Below, in pieces: positions 1-7,249 of a stretch of 32,000 nucleotides of DNA. The stretch is from Clostridia bacterium (GTDB lineage: Bacteria > Bacillota > Clostridia > Oscillospirales > Acutalibacteraceae): NCBI GenBank assembly GCA_017543285.1, contig JAFYGK010000008.1, positions 10,558 to 42,557 of the forward strand. The letters are read 5' to 3'. Both the position numbers and the translations under genes were made by a program. The notes under the pieces are model-generated. The model searched no databases and was not told the origin of the DNA. It saw nothing but the letters and a program-made list of their open reading frames with translations. How positions within the stretch are numbered: position 1 is the stretch's first letter; every line of letters starts with the position of its first letter.

Positions 1-147
1 TTTGCCCGACCGTTTCGCCGCACTCACAGACCGTCCAGGTCTTATTATCCGGTTTATCCTTCCGGACGATACCGTACCCTGCTTTGTCGATCCTTCTAAA
101 GCTGATTTGCGATTGAAAACATATCGGATAAAAAACCAAATAACATA

Positions 148-176
148 TTGACATTGTGTCAGAATAGGTGTATGAT
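148..176 (+). promoter_or_regulatory. sigma-A type promoter of the TetR-led operon: -35 TTGACA (148-153), 17-nt spacer, -10 TATGAT (171-176)
   Basis: Hexamers and spacing read directly. It lies about 45 nt upstream of the TetR start. Confidence 0.6.
149..166. promoter_or_regulatory. Operator-like repeat O1, TGACATTGTGTCAGAATA, with palindromic core TGACA-N3-TGTCA; overlaps the -35
   Basis: 17/18 identical to the 185-202 copy. The inverted-repeat core is typical of TetR-family operators. Confidence 0.6.
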
Positions 177-184
177 ATAGATAC

Positions 185-202
185 TGACACTGTGTCAGAA
201 TA
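185..202. promoter_or_regulatory. Operator-like repeat O2, TGACACTGTGTCAGAATA, with palindromic core TGACA-N3-TGTCA; just downstream of the -10
   Basis: Second copy of the 18-mer, 36 nt from O1, covering the expected transcription start. Confidence 0.6.
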
Positions 203-222
203 AATCGTTACAGGTGAAGATT

Positions 223-846
223 ATGCCGAAGGGTTCTCCCGAGCTGGCCAATGCTCGTAAAGAGGAAATAATATCAGCATGCAAAACTCTCTATAGGGAG
301 ATGAGTTTCAAGGATATAACAATTAAACTGATCGCGGAATACACGAGCTTTTCCCGCGCTTCCATATACAACTATTTCGAAACAAAGGAAGAAATCTTCC
401 TCGCTGTTTTGCAGAAGGAATACGAGCTGTGGGTGGCCGATTTAGAGGATATAACCGGCAGCAGCGAGCGCATGACAAAGGACGCTGTCGCAAGGGCGCT
501 GGCTTCTTCGCTTGAAAAGCGTGAACTGCTTTTAAAACTCATGAGTATGAATCACTACGACATGGAAGAAAACAGCCGGGAGGAGCGGCTTGTTGAGTTC
601 AAGGTGGCATACGGCGCGTCGCTGAAAGCGGTTGATCGACTGCTCAAAAAATTCTGTCCGGAAATGAGCGGGGAAGCAAGACAGATATTTCTGTACTCGT
701 TCTTTCCGTTTGTCTACGGTATCTATCCCTACTCGGTCGTGACGGATAAGCAGAAGCGAGCGATGGAGCGGGCAAATGTCGGGTTCTCCTTCCACTCCAT
801 CTACGACCTGGCATATGTCTGCGCCGTAAAGCTGTTGGAGGGATAA
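223..846 (+). CDS. TetR/AcrR family transcriptional regulator
   Basis: N-terminal HTH (FKDITIKLIAEYTSFSRASIYNYFETKEEIF) and a helical C-terminal domain. ATG 223 follows SD AGGTGA (212-217). The ORF track start, GTG 214, overlaps that SD. Confidence 0.85.
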   Translation: MPKGSPELANARKEEIISACKTLYREMSFKDITIKLIAEYTSFSRASIYNYFETKEEIFLAVLQKEYELWVADLEDITGSSERMTKDAVARALASSLEKRELLLKLMSMNHYDMEENSREERLVEFKVAYGASLKAVDRLLKKFCPEMSGEARQIFLYSFFPFVYGIYPYSVVTDKQKRAMERANVGFSFHSIYDLAYVCAVKLLEG

Positions 847-847
847 C

Positions 848-1177
848 ATGATCACGATAAATATTTATTACAGCGGCAAAAGCGACTGCGCGCGGCGCTT
901 CGCGGAAGAAATGGAGAGCAGCGGAACGGCGGAGCTTATCCGCGCTGAAGAAGGGAATATGAGATATGAATACTTTATTCCTCTCAGCGATCCTGCTGCC
1001 GTACTGCTGATAGACAGCTGGAAGGATCAGGCTTCGCTCGACCGTCATCATGCGTCGCCGATGATGCGGAGGATTGCAGAGCTTCGGGAGAAGTATGATC
1101 TGCATATGCATGTTGAACGATATATCAGCGATCAATCCGGTATAACCGATAACGATAAACAATACATAAAGGAGTAA
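848..1177 (+). CDS. Antibiotic-biosynthesis-monooxygenase (ABM) domain protein, quinol monooxygenase-like
   Basis: About 109 aa, with an ABM-like pattern (IDSWKDQASLDRHHASPMM). GGAGG RBS at 837-841. Starts 2 nt after the TetR stop. Confidence 0.65.
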   Translation: MITINIYYSGKSDCARRFAEEMESSGTAELIRAEEGNMRYEYFIPLSDPAAVLLIDSWKDQASLDRHHASPMMRRIAELREKYDLHMHVERYISDQSGITDNDKQYIKE

Positions 1178-1183
1178 TGCGAT

Positions 1184-1939
1184 ATGAAGAATAAGATCAT
1201 ACAAACGGCAGGCCGGGAGCAGCTCGGCGAATTCGCGCCCGCGTTCGCTCACCTCAACGACGATGTTTTATTCGGAGAAGTATGGAACGAAGAGGCTATC
1301 GGCGTCAAGACCAAGTGTATCGTCACAGTCGTTTCTCTGATGGCGTCGGGAATCACCGATTCCTCGCTTCTTTACCATTTGCAGAATGCCAAGGCACATG
1401 GCGTCACCAAAGAAGAGATCGTCGCGATAATCACCCACGCGACCATGTATGTCGGCTGGCCGAAGGGCTGGGCGGTATTTCGTCTGGCTAAGGAGGTGTG
1501 GAACGAAGAGGTTCCGGCGCCGACCGAAAAGGACAGATTCCAAAGTGAGGTCTTCTTCCCGATCGGAGAACCGAACCCATACGGAGAGTTCTTTGCCGGT
1601 CAGAGCTATCTGGCTCCCGTTTCGACAGAGCAGATACCGATCTACAATGTCACATTTGAGCCTGGATGCCGCAATAACTGGCATATCCATCACGCAAAAA
1701 GCGGCGGCGGTCAGATGCTTATCTGCGTCGGCGGACGCGGCTATTATCAGGAATGGGACAAGGAGCCTGTCGAGCTGACGCCCGGAACGGTTATCAACAT
1801 TCCCGCGAATGTCAGGCATTGGCACGGAGCCGCGCCGAACGCATGGTTCTCACATCTCGCCGTCGAGATCGATGGCGAAGACGCGTCGACCGAATGGCTT
1901 GAGCCTGTTGACCCAGAAGCATATAGCAAATTGAAATAG
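1184..1939 (+). CDS. Carboxymuconolactone decarboxylase (AhpD-like) family domain fused to a C-terminal cupin domain
   Basis: The N-terminal half resembles the CMD family (LFGEVWNEE...VTVVSLMASG...HGVTKEEI...YVGWP). The C-terminal half is cupin-like (NWHIHHAKSGGGQMLICVGGRG...NVRHWHGA). AAGGAG RBS. Confidence 0.75.
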   Translation: MKNKIIQTAGREQLGEFAPAFAHLNDDVLFGEVWNEEAIGVKTKCIVTVVSLMASGITDSSLLYHLQNAKAHGVTKEEIVAIITHATMYVGWPKGWAVFRLAKEVWNEEVPAPTEKDRFQSEVFFPIGEPNPYGEFFAGQSYLAPVSTEQIPIYNVTFEPGCRNNWHIHHAKSGGGQMLICVGGRGYYQEWDKEPVELTPGTVINIPANVRHWHGAAPNAWFSHLAVEIDGEDASTEWLEPVDPEAYSKLK

Positions 1940-1969
1940 GACGGTGTTGCATATGACTAAAAAACAAAG

Positions 1970-2680
1970 TTGGTAAAAACTGCAGCCTTGCTTTTGACAA
2001 TGGTGTTTTTGTTTGCCCTTGTCGCCTGCTCAGGAGCGTCGTCAAACGGTGAAACGCAGACTGCCCCAGCCGCCTCCGCCGAGGTTAAAGAGTCTGATTC
2101 ACAACAGGACGGATCCTCCGAAACCACATCGGATGCCCCTCAAAAAACCGAAACCTCCGAAGCCGATAAGCAGGAAACGACTGAAAAAGCCAGTGAGCCT
2201 GAGACCGGCGGCACAAAAACGCTGGTTGTTTATTTTTCGGCGACAGGCACGACAAAGGGCGTTGCGGAACAGATAGCTTCCGTGACCGGCGCGGACATCT
2301 ATGAGATCACTGCCGCCCAAACATACACAGCGGACGACCTGAACTGGAATGATTCGGAAAGCCGCACAACCAAGGAACAGAACGATAAATCCGTTCGTCC
2401 CGCTATCGGCAGTGACACGACCTCACTCGACGATTATTCCGTCATTTTCATCGGATATCCGATCTGGTGGGGCGAGGAACCGCGCATCATGGATACCTTT
2501 GTCGAGAGCTATGATTTCAGCGGCAAGACCGTGATCCCGTTCTGTACATCAGGCGGATCGGGTATCGGTTCAAGCGGAACAAACCTTGAAGCGAACGCCG
2601 GAAGCGGAAACTGGCTCGAAGGCAAACGACTGAGCGGTTCATCAGATATTGCCGGATGGGTCGACGGACTCGGCTTATAA
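1970..2680 (+). CDS. Lipoprotein flavodoxin: signal peptide with lipobox LVAC, about 65 aa of S/T/E-rich linker, then a flavodoxin (Flavodoxin_4-like) domain
   Basis: MVKTAALLLTMVFLFALVAC|SG lipobox, a low-complexity acidic linker, then LVVYFSATGTTKGVAEQIA...GYPIWWGEEP...FCTSGGSG. TTG start without a clear SD (see the A6-tract finding). Confidence 0.8.
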   Translation: MVKTAALLLTMVFLFALVACSGASSNGETQTAPAASAEVKESDSQQDGSSETTSDAPQKTETSEADKQETTEKASEPETGGTKTLVVYFSATGTTKGVAEQIASVTGADIYEITAAQTYTADDLNWNDSESRTTKEQNDKSVRPAIGSDTTSLDDYSVIFIGYPIWWGEEPRIMDTFVESYDFSGKTVIPFCTSGGSGIGSSGTNLEANAGSGNWLEGKRLSGSSDIAGWVDGLGL

Positions 2681-2717
2681 TTTAAATGAGGCGGCACGCG
2701 TGAAGGGAGCGCTGCGA

Positions 2718-3401
2718 GTGAAGTCAAATAATATTGTCAAACGGGTTCTCGATGTGACGCTGACAGCTGCATTACTGCTGCTGATGGCGTTTCAGGTAAC
2801 CGAACAGCTCATGCATGAGTGGCTGGGGGTCGCCATGTTTGCGCTGACGATCCTGCATAACGTTCTAAACCGCAGATACTATGCGGCGATCTTCAGGGGT
2901 AAGTACAGTCCGCTGAGAATCTTTCGGTTGGTTGTCAATATCCTTTTGGCGCTGTCCTTCGTCTGTACGGCTTTATCGGGCATGATAATGAGCCGATTCG
3001 CGACTCCTTTTATGAACGGGACGCTTCCGCCGTCCGTTGTCCGTCAGGGGCACCTTGCGCTGTCGCACTGGTCGTTTGTGCTGATGGGCTTGCATCTCGG
3101 ACTGCATTTCGGCACCATCACCTCAAAGGTAAAGAAAAAAGCCGTAATAATCACGCTGGGAGCGGCGGCGGGCAGTATTTCGGTTTATGGATTCTATCTG
3201 TTTTTCAAGGCAAATTTCTTTGACTATATGTTTTTCAGGGCTGCTTTTGCTATGCTCGATTATGATAAGGCATGGTGGCTCGTGATACTCGAAAACCTTA
3301 TTATGCTCCTCGCGTGGGGCTTCGCGGCATATTTGCTGTCCCTCGTTCTAAAAACATTCAGACGAAAAAATAAAATCATCGAAAAAGGAGAAAAGTCATG
3401 A
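2718..3401 (+). CDS. His-rich integral membrane protein with about 6 TM segments, DUF4405-like / cytochrome-b-like candidate
   Basis: Six hydrophobic stretches by eye. Conserved-looking His residues in or near them (LMHEWLG, TILHNVLN, QGHLALSHW, GLHLGLHF). GTG 2718 follows GAAGGGAG (2702-2709). The ORF track start at 2649 would overlap the upstream gene. The stop overlaps the next start (ATGA at 3398-3401). Confidence 0.7.
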   Translation: MKSNNIVKRVLDVTLTAALLLLMAFQVTEQLMHEWLGVAMFALTILHNVLNRRYYAAIFRGKYSPLRIFRLVVNILLALSFVCTALSGMIMSRFATPFMNGTLPPSVVRQGHLALSHWSFVLMGLHLGLHFGTITSKVKKKAVIITLGAAAGSISVYGFYLFFKANFFDYMFFRAAFAMLDYDKAWWLVILENLIMLLAWGFAAYLLSLVLKTFRRKNKIIEKGEKS

Positions 3402-3871
3402 GTAAGAAATTAGTTGCTTATTTCTCTGCAAGCGGCACCACCGCAAGAGCCGCAAAGGATTTGGCGAAAGCGGCAGAAGCCGATCTGTACGAGATCAAGC
3501 CTGCCGCCCCGTATACAAAAGCCGATCTTAACTGGATGGATAAGCAGAGCCGCAGCTCTGTTGAAATGCGTGATAAATCCTCGCGTCCTGCTCTCGCCGA
3601 TGCCGATGCGAACATCGCCGGTTATGATACCATTTTTATCGGCTTCCCGATCTGGTGGTATATAGCCCCGACGATCATCAATACCTTCCTTGAAGCGTAT
3701 GATTTCAGCGGCAAAAAGATCGTGCTGTTTGCCACCTCCGGCGGCTCGGGTTTCGGAAAGGCCGTCGACTCTTTACGGCCAAGCGCACCGAAGGCACAGA
3801 TAATCGAAGGCGCGATCCTCAACGGCAGACCAAACGTATCAAGACTCAAGGAGCTTGCGGAGAAATACTGA
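3398..3871 (+). CDS. Cytoplasmic flavodoxin (Flavodoxin_4-like), paralogue of the domain in 1970-2680
   Basis: No signal peptide. LVAYFSASGTTARAA...ADLNW...GFPIWWYIAP...YDFSGKKIVLFATSGGSG. AAAGGAG RBS. Roughly 40-45% identical by eye to the exported paralogue. Confidence 0.85.
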   Translation: MSKKLVAYFSASGTTARAAKDLAKAAEADLYEIKPAAPYTKADLNWMDKQSRSSVEMRDKSSRPALADADANIAGYDTIFIGFPIWWYIAPTIINTFLEAYDFSGKKIVLFATSGGSGFGKAVDSLRPSAPKAQIIEGAILNGRPNVSRLKELAEKY

Positions 3872-4162
3872 TCCTTGACGCTTGCAGACAATCTTTAACC
3901 CCGGAGTCTTCGGCTGAGATATGGTTCTCTATGGTACATCAAAGGCAGGATTTTGGAACATTGATTTCGATGCGGCGCGTACTCATGACTATCTCATAGA
4001 ATTGATCATTTCTCTGTCTGGTCATGGGAAAACAAAGACTTTGCAAGTGCAGTATCAGAAGCAAAAACTGTTATTGACTCCGATCCGAATAATATGTTTT
4101 CTTCAGCATAAAGACGACCTGAGCTTTATTTCGGCTGCGTCATCAGACGCAAAAGTCTATAC

Positions 4163-4195
4163 AAACCGCCTGAATATCAGGCGGTTTTATTTTGT
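4163..4195 (+). terminator. Rho-independent terminator: stem CCGCCTGA/TCAGGCGG, 3-nt loop, then TTTTATTTT
   Basis: Perfect 8-bp GC-rich stem plus a T-run. It lies about 290 nt after the last supported plus-strand CDS. Confidence 0.7.
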
Positions 4196-4200
4196 ACGCA

Positions 4201-4240
4201 TAAAAACAAAGTCCCCGTCCGAATGACCCGGTCGGGGACT
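4201..4240 (-). terminator. Rho-independent terminator downstream of lysS: stem AGTCCCCG/CGGGGACT, T-run on the minus strand
   Basis: 8-bp stem at 4210-4217 and 4233-4240. The plus-strand A-rich run at 4201-4209 gives TTTGTTTTT after the stem on the minus strand. Confidence 0.6.
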
Positions 4241-4364
4241 CTTGCATCGTGTTGTATTTCTGCCGCTTACCTTTCTCCAGCTTACCCCGGTTTTTTCATG
4301 TTTTGGGGTAAGCTGTGGGGTAAGCCCATGTTAATGAACCCTAATGAGCCTTATTCACTGTTAA

Positions 4365-5873
4365 TCAGTCAAGAGGCTTCATTGTCGGGAACAGCAGCAC
4401 GTCTCTTATAGCGGCGCTGTCGGTCATCAGCATGCACAGCCTGTCTATGCCGTAGCCGATTCCGCCTGTGGGCGGCATACCTATCTCAAGAGCATTGAGG
4501 AAATCCTCGTCGGTGTGGTTGGCTTCTTCGTCTCCGGCGGCGAGCTGACGTTCCTGTTCGGCAAAGCGCTCGCGCTGGTCTATCGGATCGTTGAGCTCGG
4601 AGTAGGCGTTGGCCATCTCCCAGCCGTTCATAAAGAACTCAAAACGCTCGACGTAATCGGGATTTTCCGGCTTTTTCTTGGTGAGCGGAGAAATCTCGAT
4701 CGGATGATCCATGACAAAGGTCGGCTGGATGAGATGCTCCTCAGCGAACTGTTCAAAGAACAGATTGAGGATATCGCCCTTCCTGTGACGCTGCTCGTAT
4801 TCTACGCCCTTTTCGTCGGCTATGGCGCGCGCCTGCTCAAGCGTTTCTATCTCGTTGAAATCTACGCCGGAGTACTTCCTGACAGCGTCGAGCATGGTAA
4901 TGCGCTCGAACGGCCTGGACAGATCCATTTCTATGCCGTTGTAAACTATCGTAGTAGTGCCGAGCACCTGCTGCGCGACATAGCGGTACATTTCCTCGGT
5001 GAGATCCATCATACCGTGGTAGTCGGTGTATGCCTGATAGAGCTCCATCAGAGTAAATTCCGGATTGTGGCGGGTGTCAAGCCCCTCGTTGCGGAAGACA
5101 CGGCCGATTTCATAAACGCGCTCAAGTCCGCCGACGATAAGCCTTTTGAGGTAAAGCTCGAGGGAGATGCGCAGCTTAAAGTCCTCGTCGAGCGCATTGA
5201 AGTGGGTCTCAAAGGGCCGCGCAGCTGCTCCGCCCGCGTTAGAGACAAGCATTGGGGTTTCGACCTCCATGAAGCCCTTTTCGTCGAGGAAGCGGCGGAT
5301 TGCCGCGATTATTCTGGAACGCTTTATGAACGTATCCCTGACCTCGGGATTCATTATAAGATCGACATAACGCTGCCTGTAGCGGGTATCGGTGTCGGTG
5401 AGGCCGTGGAACTTTTCGGGAAGGGGCTTTAACGACTTGCAGACGAGACGGATCTGCTTGCAGTGGACCGAAATCTCGCCGCGCCTTGTTTTGAAAACAA
5501 AGCCCTTTATCTCAACAATGTCGCCGATATCCCACTTTTTGAACGCGGCAAATTCTTCCTCTCCTATATCGTCGCGGCGGACGTAAACCTGTATTCTGCC
5601 GGTTTTGTCATGCACATCTATAAAATTAGCCTTGCCCATGTCTCGCCATGTCATTATTCTGCCGCAGATGGAAACGTCGGCATTTTCCAGCTCATCGAAA
5701 CGCGCAATTATTTCGGCATTGTGTATCGACTGCTCGCAGGTGGTTATGACAAACGGATCGTTTCCGCTTTCCTGCAGCGCGGACAGCTTTTCTCTGCGTA
5801 TTCTTTCGATTTCGCTTATATTAACTGCATTTTCCCGCTCGGCGGCAGGAGCGTTATTGTTGTTTTCTGCCAT
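4365..5873 (-). CDS. lysS: Lysine--tRNA ligase (class II)
   Basis: Full-length 502 aa. N-terminal OB-fold (ICGRIMTWRDMGKANFIDVHDKTGRIQVY), class II motifs (FRNEG; GGIGYGIDRLCMLM). Confidence 0.97.
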   Translation of the reverse strand: MAENNNNAPAAERENAVNISEIERIRREKLSALQESGNDPFVITTCEQSIHNAEIIARFDELENADVSICGRIMTWRDMGKANFIDVHDKTGRIQVYVRRDDIGEEEFAAFKKWDIGDIVEIKGFVFKTRRGEISVHCKQIRLVCKSLKPLPEKFHGLTDTDTRYRQRYVDLIMNPEVRDTFIKRSRIIAAIRRFLDEKGFMEVETPMLVSNAGGAAARPFETHFNALDEDFKLRISLELYLKRLIVGGLERVYEIGRVFRNEGLDTRHNPEFTLMELYQAYTDYHGMMDLTEEMYRYVAQQVLGTTTIVYNGIEMDLSRPFERITMLDAVRKYSGVDFNEIETLEQARAIADEKGVEYEQRHRKGDILNLFFEQFAEEHLIQPTFVMDHPIEISPLTKKKPENPDYVERFEFFMNGWEMANAYSELNDPIDQRERFAEQERQLAAGDEEANHTDEDFLNALEIGMPPTGGIGYGIDRLCMLMTDSAAIRDVLLFPTMKPLD

Positions 5874-5949
5874 GCTATTTATTCCTTTCGTTTTTTTGCG
5901 TCAGCTTTTTAATCGCTGCGGGTCAGACCGGATACTTTTATAAACATTT

Positions 5950-5978
5950 ATGGCGGATCAATCAAACCGATCCGCCAT
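5950..5978 (-). other. 10-bp perfect stem-loop (ATGGCGGATC/GATCCGCCAT) between greA and lysS, with no adjacent U-tract
   Basis: Read directly. The missing T-run on either strand argues against a strong intrinsic terminator, so greA and lysS are probably co-transcribed. Confidence 0.5.
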
Positions 5979-6009
5979 CCAGACCTATGCCTTTTGCGGC
6001 AGAGGATAT

Positions 6010-6486
6010 TTATCTTGATATTTCCAGGATTTTCAGTTTGAGAGTTCCGTCCGGCACCTCTATGTCGACCTCTTCGCCTGCGAGATGTCCCATAAGGGCC
6101 TTTCCGACAGGGGACTCATCGGAGATCTTTCCGGAAAGCGGCTCGGCTTCGGTGGAGCCGACGATATGGTATTCCATCTCCTCATCGTACTCCATGTCGT
6201 AAATCCTTACCTTGGAGCCTATATTTACAACGGAGGTATTGAGATCGCTTTCGTCGAGGACTGTGGAATTCTTGAGTATTTCCTCGATCTCGATAATTCT
6301 GGCTTCGTCTTTCGCCTGCTGGTTTTTAGCTTCGTCATATTCGCTGTTTTCCGAAAGATCGCCAAAGGACAAAGCGATTTTCAGTCTCTCGGCGTTTTCT
6401 TTTCTTGTGACGTTTTTAAGCTGCTCCAGCTCGTCGACAAGATTCTGCCTGCCTTTTTCTGTCAGGACATATTTTTTGGATGCCAT
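6010..6486 (-). CDS. greA: Transcription elongation factor GreA
   Basis: 158 aa. Coiled-coil N-terminus with the acidic tip motif (FGDLSENSEYDEAK) and a C-terminal FKBP-like domain (SDESPVGKALMGH). Confidence 0.95.
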   Translation of the reverse strand: MASKKYVLTEKGRQNLVDELEQLKNVTRKENAERLKIALSFGDLSENSEYDEAKNQQAKDEARIIEIEEILKNSTVLDESDLNTSVVNIGSKVRIYDMEYDEEMEYHIVGSTEAEPLSGKISDESPVGKALMGHLAGEEVDIEVPDGTLKLKILEISR

Positions 6487-6565
6487 TTCCTCAACTCCAG
6501 TAATACATAGTAATATTAAAATATATTAACCTGCTGAGCTGTATTATAATAGCTTCGTCAGGATA

Positions 6566-7249
6566 TTATTCCACATAGTCGCCGTTGTAGCTTACGAGCG
6601 ATGCGCTGTAAACTCCGTTGATGAGAGAAACCTTATCGACAAAGGAGGTTGTTTTGCCCTTGACACTGATTTCAACGGTAAGCTCTGTCCTGTTGCGCGA
6701 TACGTTTTTGCTCTTGATTTTGGGATCAAGGCCCCTGAGCTCCTGCATGACGTATTGTGTCAGGCCGGATTCATAAACAACGACAAGAAGATAGATCGTC
6801 TTTTTGGTGCGCAGTTTGAAAAAGACAATGCAGATCGCGCCGATAATCAATGTGGAAATAATGGCGAACAGATAATTCTGCGCTCCGACTATTATACCTT
6901 CGGTCAACGCCCAGAACAAGAATATTATGTCGACGGGGTCCTTGATAGCCGAGCGGAATCGCACGATGGAGAGCGCGCCGACCATACCGAGTGAAAGAGC
7001 GATATTGGAACTGATCGTGATAATAATTGCTGTCGTGATGACGCACATGAGAACAAGGGACACGTTGAAGCTGTGGCTGTAGACAACGCCCTTGTAGGAT
7101 ATTTTATAAACCGCGTAGACGGCAAGTCCCACCACAAGAGAAAACAGGAATGACAGGATCATGTCGGTGATGGAAAACGCGCTCGCTTCCCAGTTTTCAA
7201 CAAACTTACTCTTAAAAAGATCAGAAAATGAATATGCCAATGTGTTCAA
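6566..7249 (-). CDS. DUF4956-like integral membrane protein, partner of the VTC-domain protein
   Basis: Multi-TM N-terminal part plus a soluble C-terminal domain. TTG 7249 overlaps the upstream stop (TTGA) and follows GGAAGGAG by 9 nt. An alternative ATG at 7294 would overlap the upstream gene by 49 nt. Confidence 0.7.
   Translation of the reverse strand: MNTLAYSFSDLFKSKFVENWEASAFSITDMILSFLFSLVVGLAVYAVYKISYKGVVYSHSFNVSLVLMCVITTAIIITISSNIALSLGMVGALSIVRFRSAIKDPVDIIFLFWALTEGIIVGAQNYLFAIISTLIIGAICIVFFKLRTKKTIYLLVVVYESGLTQYVMQELRGLDPKIKSKNVSRNRTELTVEISVKGKTTSFVDKVSLINGVYSASLVSYNGDYVE

Noticed and set aside
1-154. Open frames at the left edge on both strands. Plus frame 2 ends at TGA 148-150 (…FILPDDTVPCFVDPSKADLRLKTYRIKNQITY*). 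The minus frame runs from ATG 154 (MSICYLVFYPICFQSQISFRRIDKAGYGIVRKDKPDNKTWTVCECGETVGQ…).
   Set aside because: The strand cannot be decided. The minus frame has the better purine-at-position-1 periodicity, but its only ATG lies inside the operator and has no SD. The plus frame has no recognisable family. It is too short to call.
3921-4226. 101-aa plus-strand ORF in the gap after the flavodoxin operon.
   Set aside because: It reads through both terminator hairpins (4163-4195 and 4210-4240), has no RBS, and its sequence is not recognisable.
5874-6009. T-box leaders expected upstream of lysS (5874-6009) and metG (14603-14662).
   Set aside because: The spacers are only about 135 nt and 60 nt. 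They are too short and lack a specifier-loop/T-box arrangement or a terminator/antiterminator pair.
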